A stretch of DNA of 32,150 nt from an uncultured Anaerolineales bacterium (GCA_964587335.1 CAZPMV010000004.1:1-32150); one strand, 5' to 3'. Shown: positions 1 to 11,924, numbered from the stretch's first letter. Numbers and translations: made by a program. The notes: a model not told the origin generated them from the letters alone.

Positions 1-105
1 CTCCACCGTCTTCGATTCCACCACTGTGCCGCGCATACCTGGGAGTAAGTCAAATGTGATCTCGTCTTTGCCATAAGGTACGGCGTATGTCTTCTTCTCG
101 TCCAT
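1..105 (-). CDS. N-terminal ~35 codons of a LarA-like (DUF2088, lactate racemase family) protein; continues off the left edge
   Basis: Minus-strand ATG at 105..103 gives MDEKKTYAVPYGKDEITFDLLPGMRGTVVESKTVE, open to the window edge. The 'PYGK..I.F.LP' start resembles LarA/DUF2088 N-termini. The start overlaps the stop of the upstream ORF (TGATG). It is absent from the ORF track because it is truncated. Confidence 0.4.
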   Translation of the reverse strand, partial: MDEKKTYAVPYGKDEITFDLLPGMRGTVVESKTVE

Positions 106-494
106 CAAGCCACCTGTCCTTGGGCCAGAGCGAGAGCAGGTAGTCTCTCGACATAGGTGATGGGTTCAGAACGCCTGGCACGAGGACGGGTGTATGAAGA
201 CACCTTGAGAAACTGATTCACCGGTGGAGAGGTGATAAGTTCGATCACCGTCTGACGCAGCCTTGAGGGGATGCGTTCTAGTTTGAGGCGGAAACTGCGG
301 GGGCCGATTTCAGCAGGCTCAACAAGATGAGAAACGTTATCCAGGATCAGGCTCATCGCTTTCTTTTCCTCAGTCATGAAGCGCAAGGTGATGTAATCGG
401 CGATCTCCACAGCACAGGTCGCGGCGCCGCTCTCGAAGAATATCTCCAGAATGTCGGCTTCTTCAACATAATCACACTTGTACTGGTCATTCAT
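105..494 (-). CDS. DUF2283-like small protein (antitoxin-like N-terminal domain plus ~70-aa extension)
   Basis: 129-aa ORF. The N-terminus 'YVEEADILEIFFESG...VEIADYITLRF...MSLILDNVSHL' follows the DUF2283 (YuzE-like) pattern. It lies 6 nt downstream of a toxin-like ORF and its stop overlaps the larA-like start. The region is AT-richer than the rest of the window. Confidence 0.5.
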   Translation of the reverse strand: MNDQYKCDYVEEADILEIFFESGAATCAVEIADYITLRFMTEEKKAMSLILDNVSHLVEPAEIGPRSFRLKLERIPSRLRQTVIELITSPPVNQFLKVSSYTRPRARRSEPITYVERLPALALAQGQVA

Positions 495-500
495 GATCTT

Positions 501-707
501 TCATTCTCTTTCCAAATAGCCAGGCCACGCGGTCACAATGAAGTTGTTGCCCTTAGCTGTGAAAATCGCTTTGACCAAGATGCAGTCAAAGTCACCTGGG
601 AGATCTTCACAACGACGCATATAGGTATACTTGTAAGGCAGGATGACATCCTGGTGACGGTGTCCTTTTCGCACCGTATCCAGTACATCATCAAGGTGCT
701 CGCTCAA
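501..707 (-). CDS. small toxin-like protein ('ERWxHIxxxH' type); the annotated TTG start is probably not the true N-terminus
   Basis: The 68-aa ORF starts at TTG. The same frame stays open upstream to 851 and reads ...GRYWDCRGREVYLTEERWKHITEGHEEL before the TTG, which looks like genuine protein, but it contains no ATG/GTG/TTG. An out-of-frame ATG lies at 790..788. See the finding at 501-851. Confidence 0.45.
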   Translation of the reverse strand: MSEHLDDVLDTVRKGHRHQDVILPYKYTYMRRCEDLPGDFDCILVKAIFTAKGNNFIVTAWPGYLERE

Positions 708-934
708 CTCTTCATGTCCTTCGGTGATGTGCTTCCACCGTTCCTCAGTGAGGTAAACCTCACGCCCCCGGCAATCCCAATACCGTCCATTTGCACACTG
801 CCTCGTCTCCCCAAGTTGACTTCGCCACCGGACAGTTCTTGAACACGAATGTCACGAATGGGCAAATCCAATGTTAGATGCCCACAACAGCCAACCTTCC
901 TCGTCCAATCGCTTTGCTACCTGCTATCCGTCTC

Positions 935-1657
935 TCACAACAGCCGCAAGGCAGTCGCCGTGGAGAAGACGATGAGTAGTTGTCCCACGATGTAGGTCAT
1001 CCAGACCAAGTCGCCTATGAGCAAGAAATGGCCTCCCTGGAACAGCCTGTGTCCCAGGACCAGGTCGGAGACCACGAACAGCACCGCGCCCAGCGCCAGC
1101 GGCACGAAACGGGGCTCCTGCAATGCCAGGCTCATCGCCAGCCCGGCCATGGCCGCTATCAGCAGCGCATAGGCCAGCGACGCATAGTTGAGCACGGCTG
1201 GCTTCTGCGGCGAGCGGACGAACGTCCCCCAGAGGGGAACGACCAAGAGGTAGAACGCAATCAGCACGGCGGCCTGCGCTGTACCGCCCGGCAAGCCCAG
1301 CACCTCCCCCAGGCGCAGGTAGCCGACGACATACAGCACTTGGGCCACGCCAAAGACCCCCATGCCGAACAGTACGTGCTGTGGCAGCGGCAAAAGTTCG
1401 GCCATGATCACGTCGCCGAGGAACGAAAAGGCCATGCCGAAGAAGACGAGAGCGGCGTAGCCAGCCAGTGGTGTGCCTGCCGCGCCAGCCCGCCACCAGA
1501 TCAGTGCACACAGCACCAGAATACCCGACGAGAGCAGCTTGTTGGCGCGGGGGATGCGCTGCATCCGCTTCGCGTCGAGCCGCCCAAAGGCGAAGCCCAG
1601 GGCCAGCAGCGCGGCCCAGACAGCCAGCAACGCATACAGTACGATGGCATAGGACAT
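935..1657 (-). CDS. YhhN-family (lysoplasmalogenase-like) polytopic membrane protein
   Basis: 240 aa, about 8 hydrophobic segments, with 'FSFLGDV' and 'FVVSDLVLG' motifs typical of the YhhN/TMEM86 family. Confidence 0.75.
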   Translation of the reverse strand: MSYAIVLYALLAVWAALLALGFAFGRLDAKRMQRIPRANKLLSSGILVLCALIWWRAGAAGTPLAGYAALVFFGMAFSFLGDVIMAELLPLPQHVLFGMGVFGVAQVLYVVGYLRLGEVLGLPGGTAQAAVLIAFYLLVVPLWGTFVRSPQKPAVLNYASLAYALLIAAMAGLAMSLALQEPRFVPLALGAVLFVVSDLVLGHRLFQGGHFLLIGDLVWMTYIVGQLLIVFSTATALRLL

Positions 1658-1689
1658 GATGTATGTCTCCGGTTCCGTGTTTCAGAGTT

Positions 1690-1935
1690 TCAGGTTTCGG
1701 GTTCCTTGACGTACCAGACAGGGCCAGATTCGCGGAATTTGGGACCCTCGAAGGAGGTGTGCTTCAGATACTCGATGAAGTTGTAGAGACGGCGTGAGAG
1801 TGTGTCGCAACGCCTAACCAGGTCGTCACACTCAGCCTGCGAGATGTAAGCCCATATCCAGAGCAACGTAAGCCTGGGAACGCACCTCGCCGTTGGAACC
1901 TTTGGAAGTGTAGACGAAGTTATGGAACCTGAAAC
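1690..1935 (-). pseudogene. truncated, frameshifted remnant of a four-helix-bundle protein gene (23S rRNA intervening-sequence protein / Avd-like family)
   Basis: One minus-strand frame reads FRFHNFVYTSKGSNGEVRSQAYVALDMG. After a 1-nt shift near 1846-1852 it reads YISQAECDDLVRRCDTLSRRLYNFIEYLKHTSFEGPKFRESGPVWYVKEPET*. Together these match the C-terminal two helices of the family ('GS..E....l.la.d.gYi'). No N-terminal half or start codon is present; the remnant begins right after the Ldh_2 stop codon. Confidence 0.6.
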
Positions 1936-1941
1936 CCGGAA

Positions 1942-3048
1942 CTACTCCAGGTCGTATTCCACCTCCGTCTCCTCAGCGATCTTCCGCAACTCGGCAACGA
2001 CCTTCGGATGCAGTGGGACGCCGTGAGCCCGCCGCTCGTCGGCCATCTCGAATTCCTTCTCACCGTGAATGTAGATGCGCTCCTGCCCCTCTACCTTGGC
2101 TGAATTCGTCAGACGCCGGATGATGTCATCCATGGTGGCCTCGAACCCCTCGATTGGACGGAAACCGTCCACCCGCAGCGCGCCGAAGAAGTGACCCACG
2201 TTCGCCGGCAGCGGCTTGCCATCCGGCGTCTTGGGATAGATGCTGGTGGCGTACCCCGCGCCAGGCAGCACGCCGCAGAGCACATCCACCAACAGCGCCA
2301 GGCCGTACCCCTTGTGGCCTCCCAGTTCCTCGTCCGCTCCGCCCAGAGGCAGGAGCCCACCGCCCGCCCGCGCCAGCAGGTTGCGCAGCACTCGCCCAGA
2401 GTCGGCGGTGGGCACGCCCTGCTCATCCGTGGCCCAGCCTATCGGCAGCGGCTTCTCCTGGCGGTCATACACCTCCAGCTTGCCGCGCGGCACGGTGGAA
2501 GTAGCCATGTCCAGCACGAAGGCCCGCTCCTCGCCTGCCGGCGCGGCCACGCTGATGGGATTGGTGCCCAGCACAGCATCGCGGCCGAAAGTCGGCACTA
2601 CCAGCACGGCAGCGTTGGTCATAGAGAAACCGATGCAACCATGCTCCAGGGCCATCATCGAGTAATAGCCAGCGATGCCGTAGTGGTTGGAATTGCGCAC
2701 GGTGACGAAGCCCGCGCCCACCTGCCGTGCCTTCTCGATGGCCAAGCGCATGGCACGCACCGACACCGGCTGGCCGAGCCCTGCACCACCATCGATCAGC
2801 GCCGTGGCCGGCGTCTCGTGCACCGCTTTGATCTGGGGACGGGCCACCATCACGCCATCCCGCAGACCGTTGACGTAGCGTCTGAGCCGCGCCACACCGT
2901 GAGAATCGATCCCCCGCAGATTGGCGGTAACCAAGCTGTCAGCCGTCACTGCCGCGTCTTCTGGCGGCACATCCAGCTTGATGAACACCCGCGTGCAGAA
3001 ATCCTTGAGCGGCTCTGCCCAAACGACAACTCCGGCGTTTCTAGACAT
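1942..3048 (-). CDS. Ldh_2 family malate/L-lactate/ureidoglycolate-type dehydrogenase
   Basis: 368 aa. 'LRGIDSHGVARL', 'VRNSNHYGIAGYY', 'GTNPISVAAP' and 'GGHKGYGLALLVDVL' are hallmark Ldh_2 (PF02615) motifs. Confidence 0.9.
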   Translation of the reverse strand: MSRNAGVVVWAEPLKDFCTRVFIKLDVPPEDAAVTADSLVTANLRGIDSHGVARLRRYVNGLRDGVMVARPQIKAVHETPATALIDGGAGLGQPVSVRAMRLAIEKARQVGAGFVTVRNSNHYGIAGYYSMMALEHGCIGFSMTNAAVLVVPTFGRDAVLGTNPISVAAPAGEERAFVLDMATSTVPRGKLEVYDRQEKPLPIGWATDEQGVPTADSGRVLRNLLARAGGGLLPLGGADEELGGHKGYGLALLVDVLCGVLPGAGYATSIYPKTPDGKPLPANVGHFFGALRVDGFRPIEGFEATMDDIIRRLTNSAKVEGQERIYIHGEKEFEMADERRAHGVPLHPKVVAELRKIAEETEVEYDLE

Positions 3049-3113
3049 CTTTGTCTCCTTTCATTTATATGTAGAACAGCGCTGAAAGGTCTGACAGGTC
3101 TGAGGCAATCTGA

Positions 3114-4064
3114 TCAGGCTGCTTCAGACCCCTTAGACCCCTCAGTTTCCTCAGTTTCTTTCATCACTCCATCCGCCACTAGCACCTTCTTCAAAGCCAT
3201 GACCGCACATTCTATCATGCTTCCGTCCGGCTCTCGCGTCGTCAGCCGCTGCACCGCCAGACCCGGCGCGATCATCCAGCGCACCAGGGGGTTATCTTGG
3301 TGGCTGGTGCTCAAGCGCACCAGTTCATAGGCGATGCCGGTGACCACGGGGATCAGCAACAAGCGTGCCATCAGGCGGTACAGCCAATGGTTGAAGTGGA
3401 AGGGAGCGAAGAGAAGGATGGACACCATAACTACCAACAGCGTGAAGCTGGTGCCACAACGGGTGTGGGCTGTGGGGAACGGGCTAATCTCCTGCAGTGT
3501 CAGCGGGCGACCTGCCTCGTAGGCGTTGATCGTCTTGTGCTCCGCTCCGTGGTAGGCGAAGACGCGGCGGACATCGGGCATGAAGCCGATGACCCAGACA
3601 TAGCCAACGAACAGCACCAGCCGAAACGCTCCCTCCAACAGGCTGCTTAACAGGTGCGAGGCAACGAAATGCTCTAGCCACTGCGCCACCAGGCTAGGAA
3701 TGAAGAAAAAGACGCCGATGCTGATCGCCAACGCCAGGGCCATCGTCGTCCAGGCTATCGGACCGCTGAATTCGACGTCCTCTTCCTCGCTCAGAGCCAC
3801 ATCGGCCGAGAAGGTCAGCGTGCGCATGCCCAGCACCAGCGCGTCCCAGAGGACAGCCAACCCTCGCACGAAAGGCAGCTTGGCCCAGCGGCTAGTATAG
3901 ATGAAGGCCTTCAGCGGCTCATCGTGCTGCACGATGTTGCCGTTGGGATGGCGCACGGCCACCGCCATGTGCGTGCGCCCGCGCATCATCACGCCTTCGA
4001 TGACCGCCTGCCCGCCGTAGTGGAAGTTGCTGTCAGGTTTCTCTCGGTCGTTATCTTTCGACAT
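3114..4064 (-). CDS. DUF1385 (YqhQ-like) membrane protein
   Basis: 316 aa with 'YGGQAVIEGVMMRG' near the N-terminus and 'YHGAEHKTINAYE', both DUF1385 signatures, plus several TM segments. The last ~15 codons are encoded by period-9 tandem words. Confidence 0.9.
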   Translation of the reverse strand: MSKDNDREKPDSNFHYGGQAVIEGVMMRGRTHMAVAVRHPNGNIVQHDEPLKAFIYTSRWAKLPFVRGLAVLWDALVLGMRTLTFSADVALSEEEDVEFSGPIAWTTMALALAISIGVFFFIPSLVAQWLEHFVASHLLSSLLEGAFRLVLFVGYVWVIGFMPDVRRVFAYHGAEHKTINAYEAGRPLTLQEISPFPTAHTRCGTSFTLLVVMVSILLFAPFHFNHWLYRLMARLLLIPVVTGIAYELVRLSTSHQDNPLVRWMIAPGLAVQRLTTREPDGSMIECAVMALKKVLVADGVMKETEETEGSKGSEAA

Positions 4065-4135
4065 GCTGTTCTCTGTTCCTTTAGTAGCTTAAGTCAACGG
4101 GGGAAACAAGGCGACGAGTTAATGGGGGATCACGA

Positions 4136-4987
4136 CTATGGCATCTCGACGGGCTCCACGACGAACTGGCCCGGCTTTCCAACCACCACACGCACCCGCC
4201 CAGCCACCATCGTTGGATCATGCTGAAAGATGAGCAGCGCATCGGTGCGCTGCGCCCAATCGCGCAACCGACGCTTGCTCTCAATGCTCTCCATCGGCTC
4301 CGCATCGTAGGCGGGTACCCAGGCCAGTCGCTCCAGCGACACTGCCCAGCCGCAGGCATCGCTCAGAAAGACCGCTGCCTCTCCTTCGCTTTCGATGACC
4401 ACCACCTGGTGGGCCCGCGTGTGACCCCGTGTCACCCAGCAGCGCACCTCGGGCGTGACCTGAGTGTCGCCATGAAGGATGCGCAACTGCCCTGTGACCT
4501 CCAACGGCACAAAGTTCTCAGCAAAGTAGGTGCCCCGTGTACGCTCGTTGGGGTAACGGGCGTCGGCCAGCTCTCGCCGCTGTATCCAGTACTCTGCATT
4601 GGAAAAGGTGGGCACGACCTTTCCGTCCTGATAGAGCGTGTTGCCGCCGCAGTGGTCGCTGTGCAAATGCGTGTTGACGACCGTGTCCACGTCTCCGGAC
4701 CGCACGCCCAGCCGCTCCAGTTCGCTGAGCAGCCGCCGCTCCCCGTGCAAGTTGAGCCGTTCCCGCGCCTTGGCCGTCAACTTGTCGCCGTATCCCGTGT
4801 CTACCAGGATGATCTTACCCGCTGAGCGGATGAGCAGACAGCGCACCACAAGAGGAATGCGGTTGAGTTCATCGGGCTTGATGATCCGCTCCCAGAGCAC
4901 ACGGGGCACCAACCCAAACGCTCCACCCGCATCGTGCAGGGCAATGCCATCGCTCACCACCTCGATGTCCGCATTGCCGATCAGCAC
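4136..4987 (-). CDS. MBL-fold metallo-hydrolase (lactonase-like)
   Basis: Contains the 'VNTHLHSDHCGGN' HxHxDH motif. The ORF-track start at 5086 would overlap ptb by 106 nt. The GTG at 4987..4985 overlaps the ptb stop (GTGCTGA) and gives a typical 'VLIGNADIEVVSDG' start. Confidence 0.85.
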   Translation of the reverse strand: MLIGNADIEVVSDGIALHDAGGAFGLVPRVLWERIIKPDELNRIPLVVRCLLIRSAGKIILVDTGYGDKLTAKARERLNLHGERRLLSELERLGVRSGDVDTVVNTHLHSDHCGGNTLYQDGKVVPTFSNAEYWIQRRELADARYPNERTRGTYFAENFVPLEVTGQLRILHGDTQVTPEVRCWVTRGHTRAHQVVVIESEGEAAVFLSDACGWAVSLERLAWVPAYDAEPMESIESKRRLRDWAQRTDALLIFQHDPTMVAGRVRVVVGKPGQFVVEPVEMP

Positions 4988-5886
4988 AGCAGCACTCCCA
5001 AGGCGATGCTGGTCAGCTTCGTCTCCGAGGGAGCAGAGCGCGAGGCCACCACCAATGGTGCGCTTGCCCCGATGACCACGCCGCACATCTTGCCCTTAGC
5101 GAAGTAGATCATCCCCTTGGCCAGCATGTTAGCCGCCTCCACGTCCGGGGCGATGAGGACATCGGCCCGTCCGGCGACAGGGCTGTTGATGTTCTTGGCA
5201 GCCGCCGACTCGGGAGAGATGGCATTGTCCAGCGCCAGCGGCCCGTCTACGATGGCTCCCCGGATCTGATGGCGGTCGGCCATTTTGGCCAGGTTGGCGG
5301 CATCCAGAGTGGCCCGGATCTTGGGATTGACCATCTCCGTTGCCGCCAGGATAGCCACCCTGGGCAGTTCCACGCCCAGCGCCTTGGCCACGAAGATCGC
5401 ATTGCGCACGATGTTCACCTTCTGCTCCAGCCCGGGAGCCACAACCACGCCACCGTCGCTGACGAAGAGCAACCGGTTGTAGCCCGGCAGCTCGATAACG
5501 GCGACATGGGTCAGCAGGTTGCCAGTGCGCAGCCCTGTCTCCTTGTCCAGCGCCGCCTTGAGGAAGGCACTGGTTTCGACCCTGCCCTTCATGGCGACCT
5601 GCGCGTGGCCCAGGCGCACCAGTTCCATCGTCTTGCGGACACCAGCGTGGACGTTAGCTTCATCCACGATCATCATGCGGCTGACATCCAGACCCTCTTC
5701 CGCGGCGATGCGCCGAATTGTAGCCCGATCGCCCACCAGGATACAATCGGCGATGCCTGCCTGTTCAGCCGTCTGCGCCGCCTCGAGGATCTCTGGATCG
5801 TCGGCACCAGCAATGGCCACGCTCTTGGGGCCCTTGTCCCGCGCCGCTGCCAGCAGTTGTTCGAAAGAGGTGATAGCCACAGTCAT
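4981..5886 (-). CDS. ptb: phosphate butyryl/acetyl-transferase (PTA_PTB family, Ptb-like)
   Basis: 301 aa; length and motifs ('LFVSDGGVVVAP', 'GPLALDNAIS', 'ADVLIAPDVEAANMLAK') fit the short Ptb-type enzymes. Confidence 0.8.
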   Translation of the reverse strand: MTVAITSFEQLLAAARDKGPKSVAIAGADDPEILEAAQTAEQAGIADCILVGDRATIRRIAAEEGLDVSRMMIVDEANVHAGVRKTMELVRLGHAQVAMKGRVETSAFLKAALDKETGLRTGNLLTHVAVIELPGYNRLLFVSDGGVVVAPGLEQKVNIVRNAIFVAKALGVELPRVAILAATEMVNPKIRATLDAANLAKMADRHQIRGAIVDGPLALDNAISPESAAAKNINSPVAGRADVLIAPDVEAANMLAKGMIYFAKGKMCGVVIGASAPLVVASRSAPSETKLTSIALGVLLC

Positions 5887-5894
5887 CTCCTATC

Positions 5895-6848
5895 CTACCC
5901 AGCACCGCTCTTGCCTGCACTGCGACGGCGTGTGAACCTGCACCACCAGCGCCGCCGGCGCAGCCGCCGCAGCGTCTGTTGGGCCACCTCGCTGACAGGC
6001 CCCTGCAGCGCCAACTCGCCATCGTTCAGATGTGCCTGCAGGGCCGCTTCGACGGTCTCATCAAGCACCACCCCGCCGCCGCGGCCAAGCCCCTGTGCCG
6101 CATACCAGCGCACCTGTGGATCTGGGTCATCAAGAGCCTTGGTGAGCTCAGCGACGGCCATGGAGTTCAGAGCCATTCTCCCCAAGGCCCAGGCTGCGGC
6201 CGCACTCCGGCGCACAAGAACGTGTTCCTGTGCGTCGCGCAGCCGCACCAGCAGAGCGTCCACCGCTGCGGGATCGCCCGACCGCCCCAGGGCCCAGGCT
6301 GCCGCTCGCCGCACCCCTGCCGCCTCGTCGCGCAGCATCTGCAGGAACAAGGGGATGCCATCGACCGCTTCCATATACCCCAAGGCTTCAATGGCGCTGG
6401 TGCGCACGCCCACGTGATGGCTGCGAGCTGCCTCCAACAGTGCAGGCACAGCCCGTTTGTCTCTCAACGTGCCCAGCGCTTCAGCCGCTGCTGCCTGCCG
6501 AGCCACCGGTAGTGTGCGCAGCGCCTGTAGGAGCGATTCCAGGGAGGCACGGCTGCCCAGGGCGGCCAGTGACCGCCCCGCTTGCCAGCGAACGAATGGC
6601 TCCTTGTCCGCCAGCGCGCCCACCAGCGTCATGATCTCATCCCGATCCACAGGACCCTGCGCCAGCGCAGCGGCCGTCTGCCAGCGCCGCCGGGGATTGG
6701 GGTCCGCCAGAATGGACACGGGATCACCATCGAATTGGGGTCGCGAACGGCGTAGCCGTTTGGTCCAAGAGCAGAAACGCTGCCCTAACTTCACGAGAGA
6801 CTCCTCGCATACACTGACCGAGCAAGCACGGACCGGCAAGCGGGCCAT
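5895..6848 (-). CDS. HEAT-repeat (PBS-lyase HEAT-like) protein
   Basis: Repeated '..VR..AA.ALG...D..AV..L' units, at least 6 copies. The ORF-track start at 6920 coincides with a TTGACA -35 box, so I place the start at ATG 6848. An alternative is GTG 6794, preceded by GAGGAG. Confidence 0.75.
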   Translation of the reverse strand: MARLPVRACSVSVCEESLVKLGQRFCSWTKRLRRSRPQFDGDPVSILADPNPRRRWQTAAALAQGPVDRDEIMTLVGALADKEPFVRWQAGRSLAALGSRASLESLLQALRTLPVARQAAAAEALGTLRDKRAVPALLEAARSHHVGVRTSAIEALGYMEAVDGIPLFLQMLRDEAAGVRRAAAWALGRSGDPAAVDALLVRLRDAQEHVLVRRSAAAAWALGRMALNSMAVAELTKALDDPDPQVRWYAAQGLGRGGGVVLDETVEAALQAHLNDGELALQGPVSEVAQQTLRRLRRRRWWCRFTRRRSAGKSGAG

Positions 6849-6892
6849 TCGGTCCACCCCCTCGCCGCTCTCCTGGGCAATTTGCTGGTGCA

Positions 6893-6920
6893 AGTATACC
6901 ACGTTCGCGCCCACTGTCAA
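6893..6920 (-). promoter_or_regulatory. sigma70-type promoter for the HEAT-ptb-MBL-DUF1385-Ldh_2 gene string
   Basis: The minus strand reads TTGACA (6920..6915), a 16-nt spacer, then TATACT (6898..6893), with TGg upstream of the -10. Confidence 0.6.
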
Positions 6921-7014
6921 CTATGCCAGTCAGAAAGGCGCAGGAGAAAGGTTACCATCCCCCCATCCCCCCTTGCCAAGGGTCTTGCGCCACACCCTCA
7001 ATACTCCATGCCGT

Positions 7015-7043
7015 TTGCAGAATCATCCCGCTTATGCTAGAAT
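7015..7043 (+). promoter_or_regulatory. sigma70-type promoter with extended -10 for the 1072-aa secreted protein gene
   Basis: TTGCAG (7015-7020), a 17-nt spacer, then TGcTAGAAT (7036-7043). The 12-mer ATGCTAGAATGG is repeated identically at 29969-29980. Confidence 0.6.
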
Positions 7044-7138
7044 GGCTTTCGGCTTTGCCCAGAACAACGCTTGTCGGTGCTTTTTGCTTGATCTTGTGGT
7101 TACCTACGTAATACACTCTCAAGGAGCAACGTAGTGTC

Positions 7139-10357
<3,219 letters not shown>

Positions 10358-10370
10358 CTCTGTGAGAGAG

Positions 10371-10464
10371 GTAGACAAGTACATAAGTAGACAAGTACAC
10401 AAGGAACATCCGGTCGTCCTTTCATCCCCTGTGTACTTGTTTCCTTGTCCACTTGTTTCCTTGT
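10371..10464. repeat. paired tandem duplications in inverted orientation (possible terminator or alternative hairpins)
   Basis: GTAGACAAGTACA occurs twice (10371-10383, 10387-10399). ACTTGTTTCCTTGT occurs twice (10435-10448, 10451-10464). ACAAGTACACA (10391-10401) is the exact reverse complement of TGTGTACTTGT (10430-10440). Confidence 0.7.
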
Positions 10465-10490
10465 TTCCCTAACGAAGTTGGAGGACTACA

Positions 10491-11924
10491 TTGACTCTAT
10501 CACGCTTTAAGACGCTTTCTTCAGCGCTGCTGCTTCTGCTGGCAGTGATACTGGCGCTGAGCGGCTGTTGGGCGCCGCCCCCAGCCACGCCGACCAAACC
10601 GCTGCCGCCCTTAGTGCAAGCCACCTCGACGACGACGCCCAAGGCCACGGACACCCCCGAACCGGCGGCAACGGCTGCCGTGCAATCCACAGCCACGCCA
10701 ACGCCTGTGGAACCCACAGCGACGTCAACACCAGGTGCCCCGCTGCCCACGTCCACCCCTGCCCCGACACGCACTCCGTTGATGACCACTGTACCTCTGG
10801 ATACGCGCATGGCTTCGCCCGATTTCGGCGTCCAGGCCTTCCTCTGGTGGCGGCCAGAAATCGCCGACCGGGACCTCAACCTGATCCGAGAGGCCGGCTT
10901 CAATTGGGTCAGGCAGACCTTTGACTGGTACGACATCGAGGGGGCTGGCAAAGGGGCGCGCAACTGGCAGCAAGCCGACGAGGTTGTTCGGCTGGTCAAC
11001 GAGAAAGGGCTCAAGCTACTAGTGCGCGTCAGCATGGATCCGGAGCATCCCATGGAGTGGGCTGGGCCACCGCCGGCCAATGCCGACCATCTCGCCGACT
11101 TCCTCTTCGACATGGCCACCCGCTACCAGGGCACGGTGCATGCCTATCAGATATGGAACGAACCGAACCTGGCACGGGAATGGGGCGGCAAGCAGCCCGA
11201 TCCCGCTGGATACGTCATGCTGCTCAAGAAGGCCTATGAGGCCATCAAGCGAGCAGACCCCAACGCTGTGGTCATCACGGCGGGCATGGCTCCTACAGGC
11301 ACGAACGACGCCACCGCCATGCCCGACGATGTGTTCTACGAAGCCATGTATCAGGCCATGGGGAGCAACAGTGATGGCTACTTCGATGTGCTGGGCGTTC
11401 ATGGCTCCGGCTTCGCCGCTCCGCCTGAACTGGATCCCGCAGACGCGGCGGCGAATCCCGAGTACGGCGGTTACCGCTTCTTCTGCTTCCGACACATAGA
11501 GGACATTCGCGGCATCATGGAGCGGCACGGCGATGCTAAGAAAAGAGTTGCTATCCTGGAGTTTGGCTGGACGACGGATTCTGTCAATCCCGACTACAAG
11601 TGGCATGGCGCGGATGCGGGTATCACTGATGAGTTGAAGGGCAGGTACCTGATCTGCGCGCTTGAGTATGCCAAGCAGCATTGGCAACCCTGGATCGGGC
11701 TCATGAGCGTCATCACCATGCCCAACCTGGCCTGGCTCGAGGACGGCAACCCGCAGGACGAGGAGCAATACTGGTGGGCGATCATGGAGCCGAGCCCGAT
11801 AGACCAGAAGCACCTGCGGGCTGCGTACGTGCTGCTGCAGAACTACCTCTTGCGAGAGCAAGGGATTGAGCCCCCGCCTCTGCCAGGCGGCGGCAGCACC
11901 GAGGGTATGTGCCCGACGATGTGA
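10491..11924 (+). CDS. lipoprotein with PT-rich linker and clan GH-A glycoside hydrolase domain (paralogue of the C-terminal domain of the upstream gene)
   Basis: TTG start preceded by GGAGGA. Lipobox 'ALSGC'. Motifs '[11 protein letters not shown]', 'YQIWNEPN' and 'ILEFGW' run parallel to 'GFNWVKQQVEW', 'EVWNEQN' and 'TEFGW' in the 7139..10357 protein. Confidence 0.8.
   Translation: MTLSRFKTLSSALLLLLAVILALSGCWAPPPATPTKPLPPLVQATSTTTPKATDTPEPAATAAVQSTATPTPVEPTATSTPGAPLPTSTPAPTRTPLMTTVPLDTRMASPDFGVQAFLWWRPEIADRDLNLIREAGFNWVRQTFDWYDIEGAGKGARNWQQADEVVRLVNEKGLKLLVRVSMDPEHPMEWAGPPPANADHLADFLFDMATRYQGTVHAYQIWNEPNLAREWGGKQPDPAGYVMLLKKAYEAIKRADPNAVVITAGMAPTGTNDATAMPDDVFYEAMYQAMGSNSDGYFDVLGVHGSGFAAPPELDPADAAANPEYGGYRFFCFRHIEDIRGIMERHGDAKKRVAILEFGWTTDSVNPDYKWHGADAGITDELKGRYLICALEYAKQHWQPWIGLMSVITMPNLAWLEDGNPQDEEQYWWAIMEPSPIDQKHLRAAYVLLQNYLLREQGIEPPPLPGGGSTEGMCPTM

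Noticed and set aside
1690-1935. Diversity-generating retroelement, suggested by the Avd-like four-helix-bundle remnant.
   Set aside because: There is no reverse transcriptase gene and no template/variable repeat pair anywhere in the window. The gene is a truncated remnant.
4988-5086. Longer N-terminal extensions given by the ORF track: MBL hydrolase to 5086, ylxR to 15239, HEAT protein to 6920, transposase to 21467.
   Set aside because: The extensions overlap the upstream gene or a promoter, encode Arg/Gly-rich junk, and are outcompeted by downstream starts with Shine-Dalgarno sequences or stop/start coupling.
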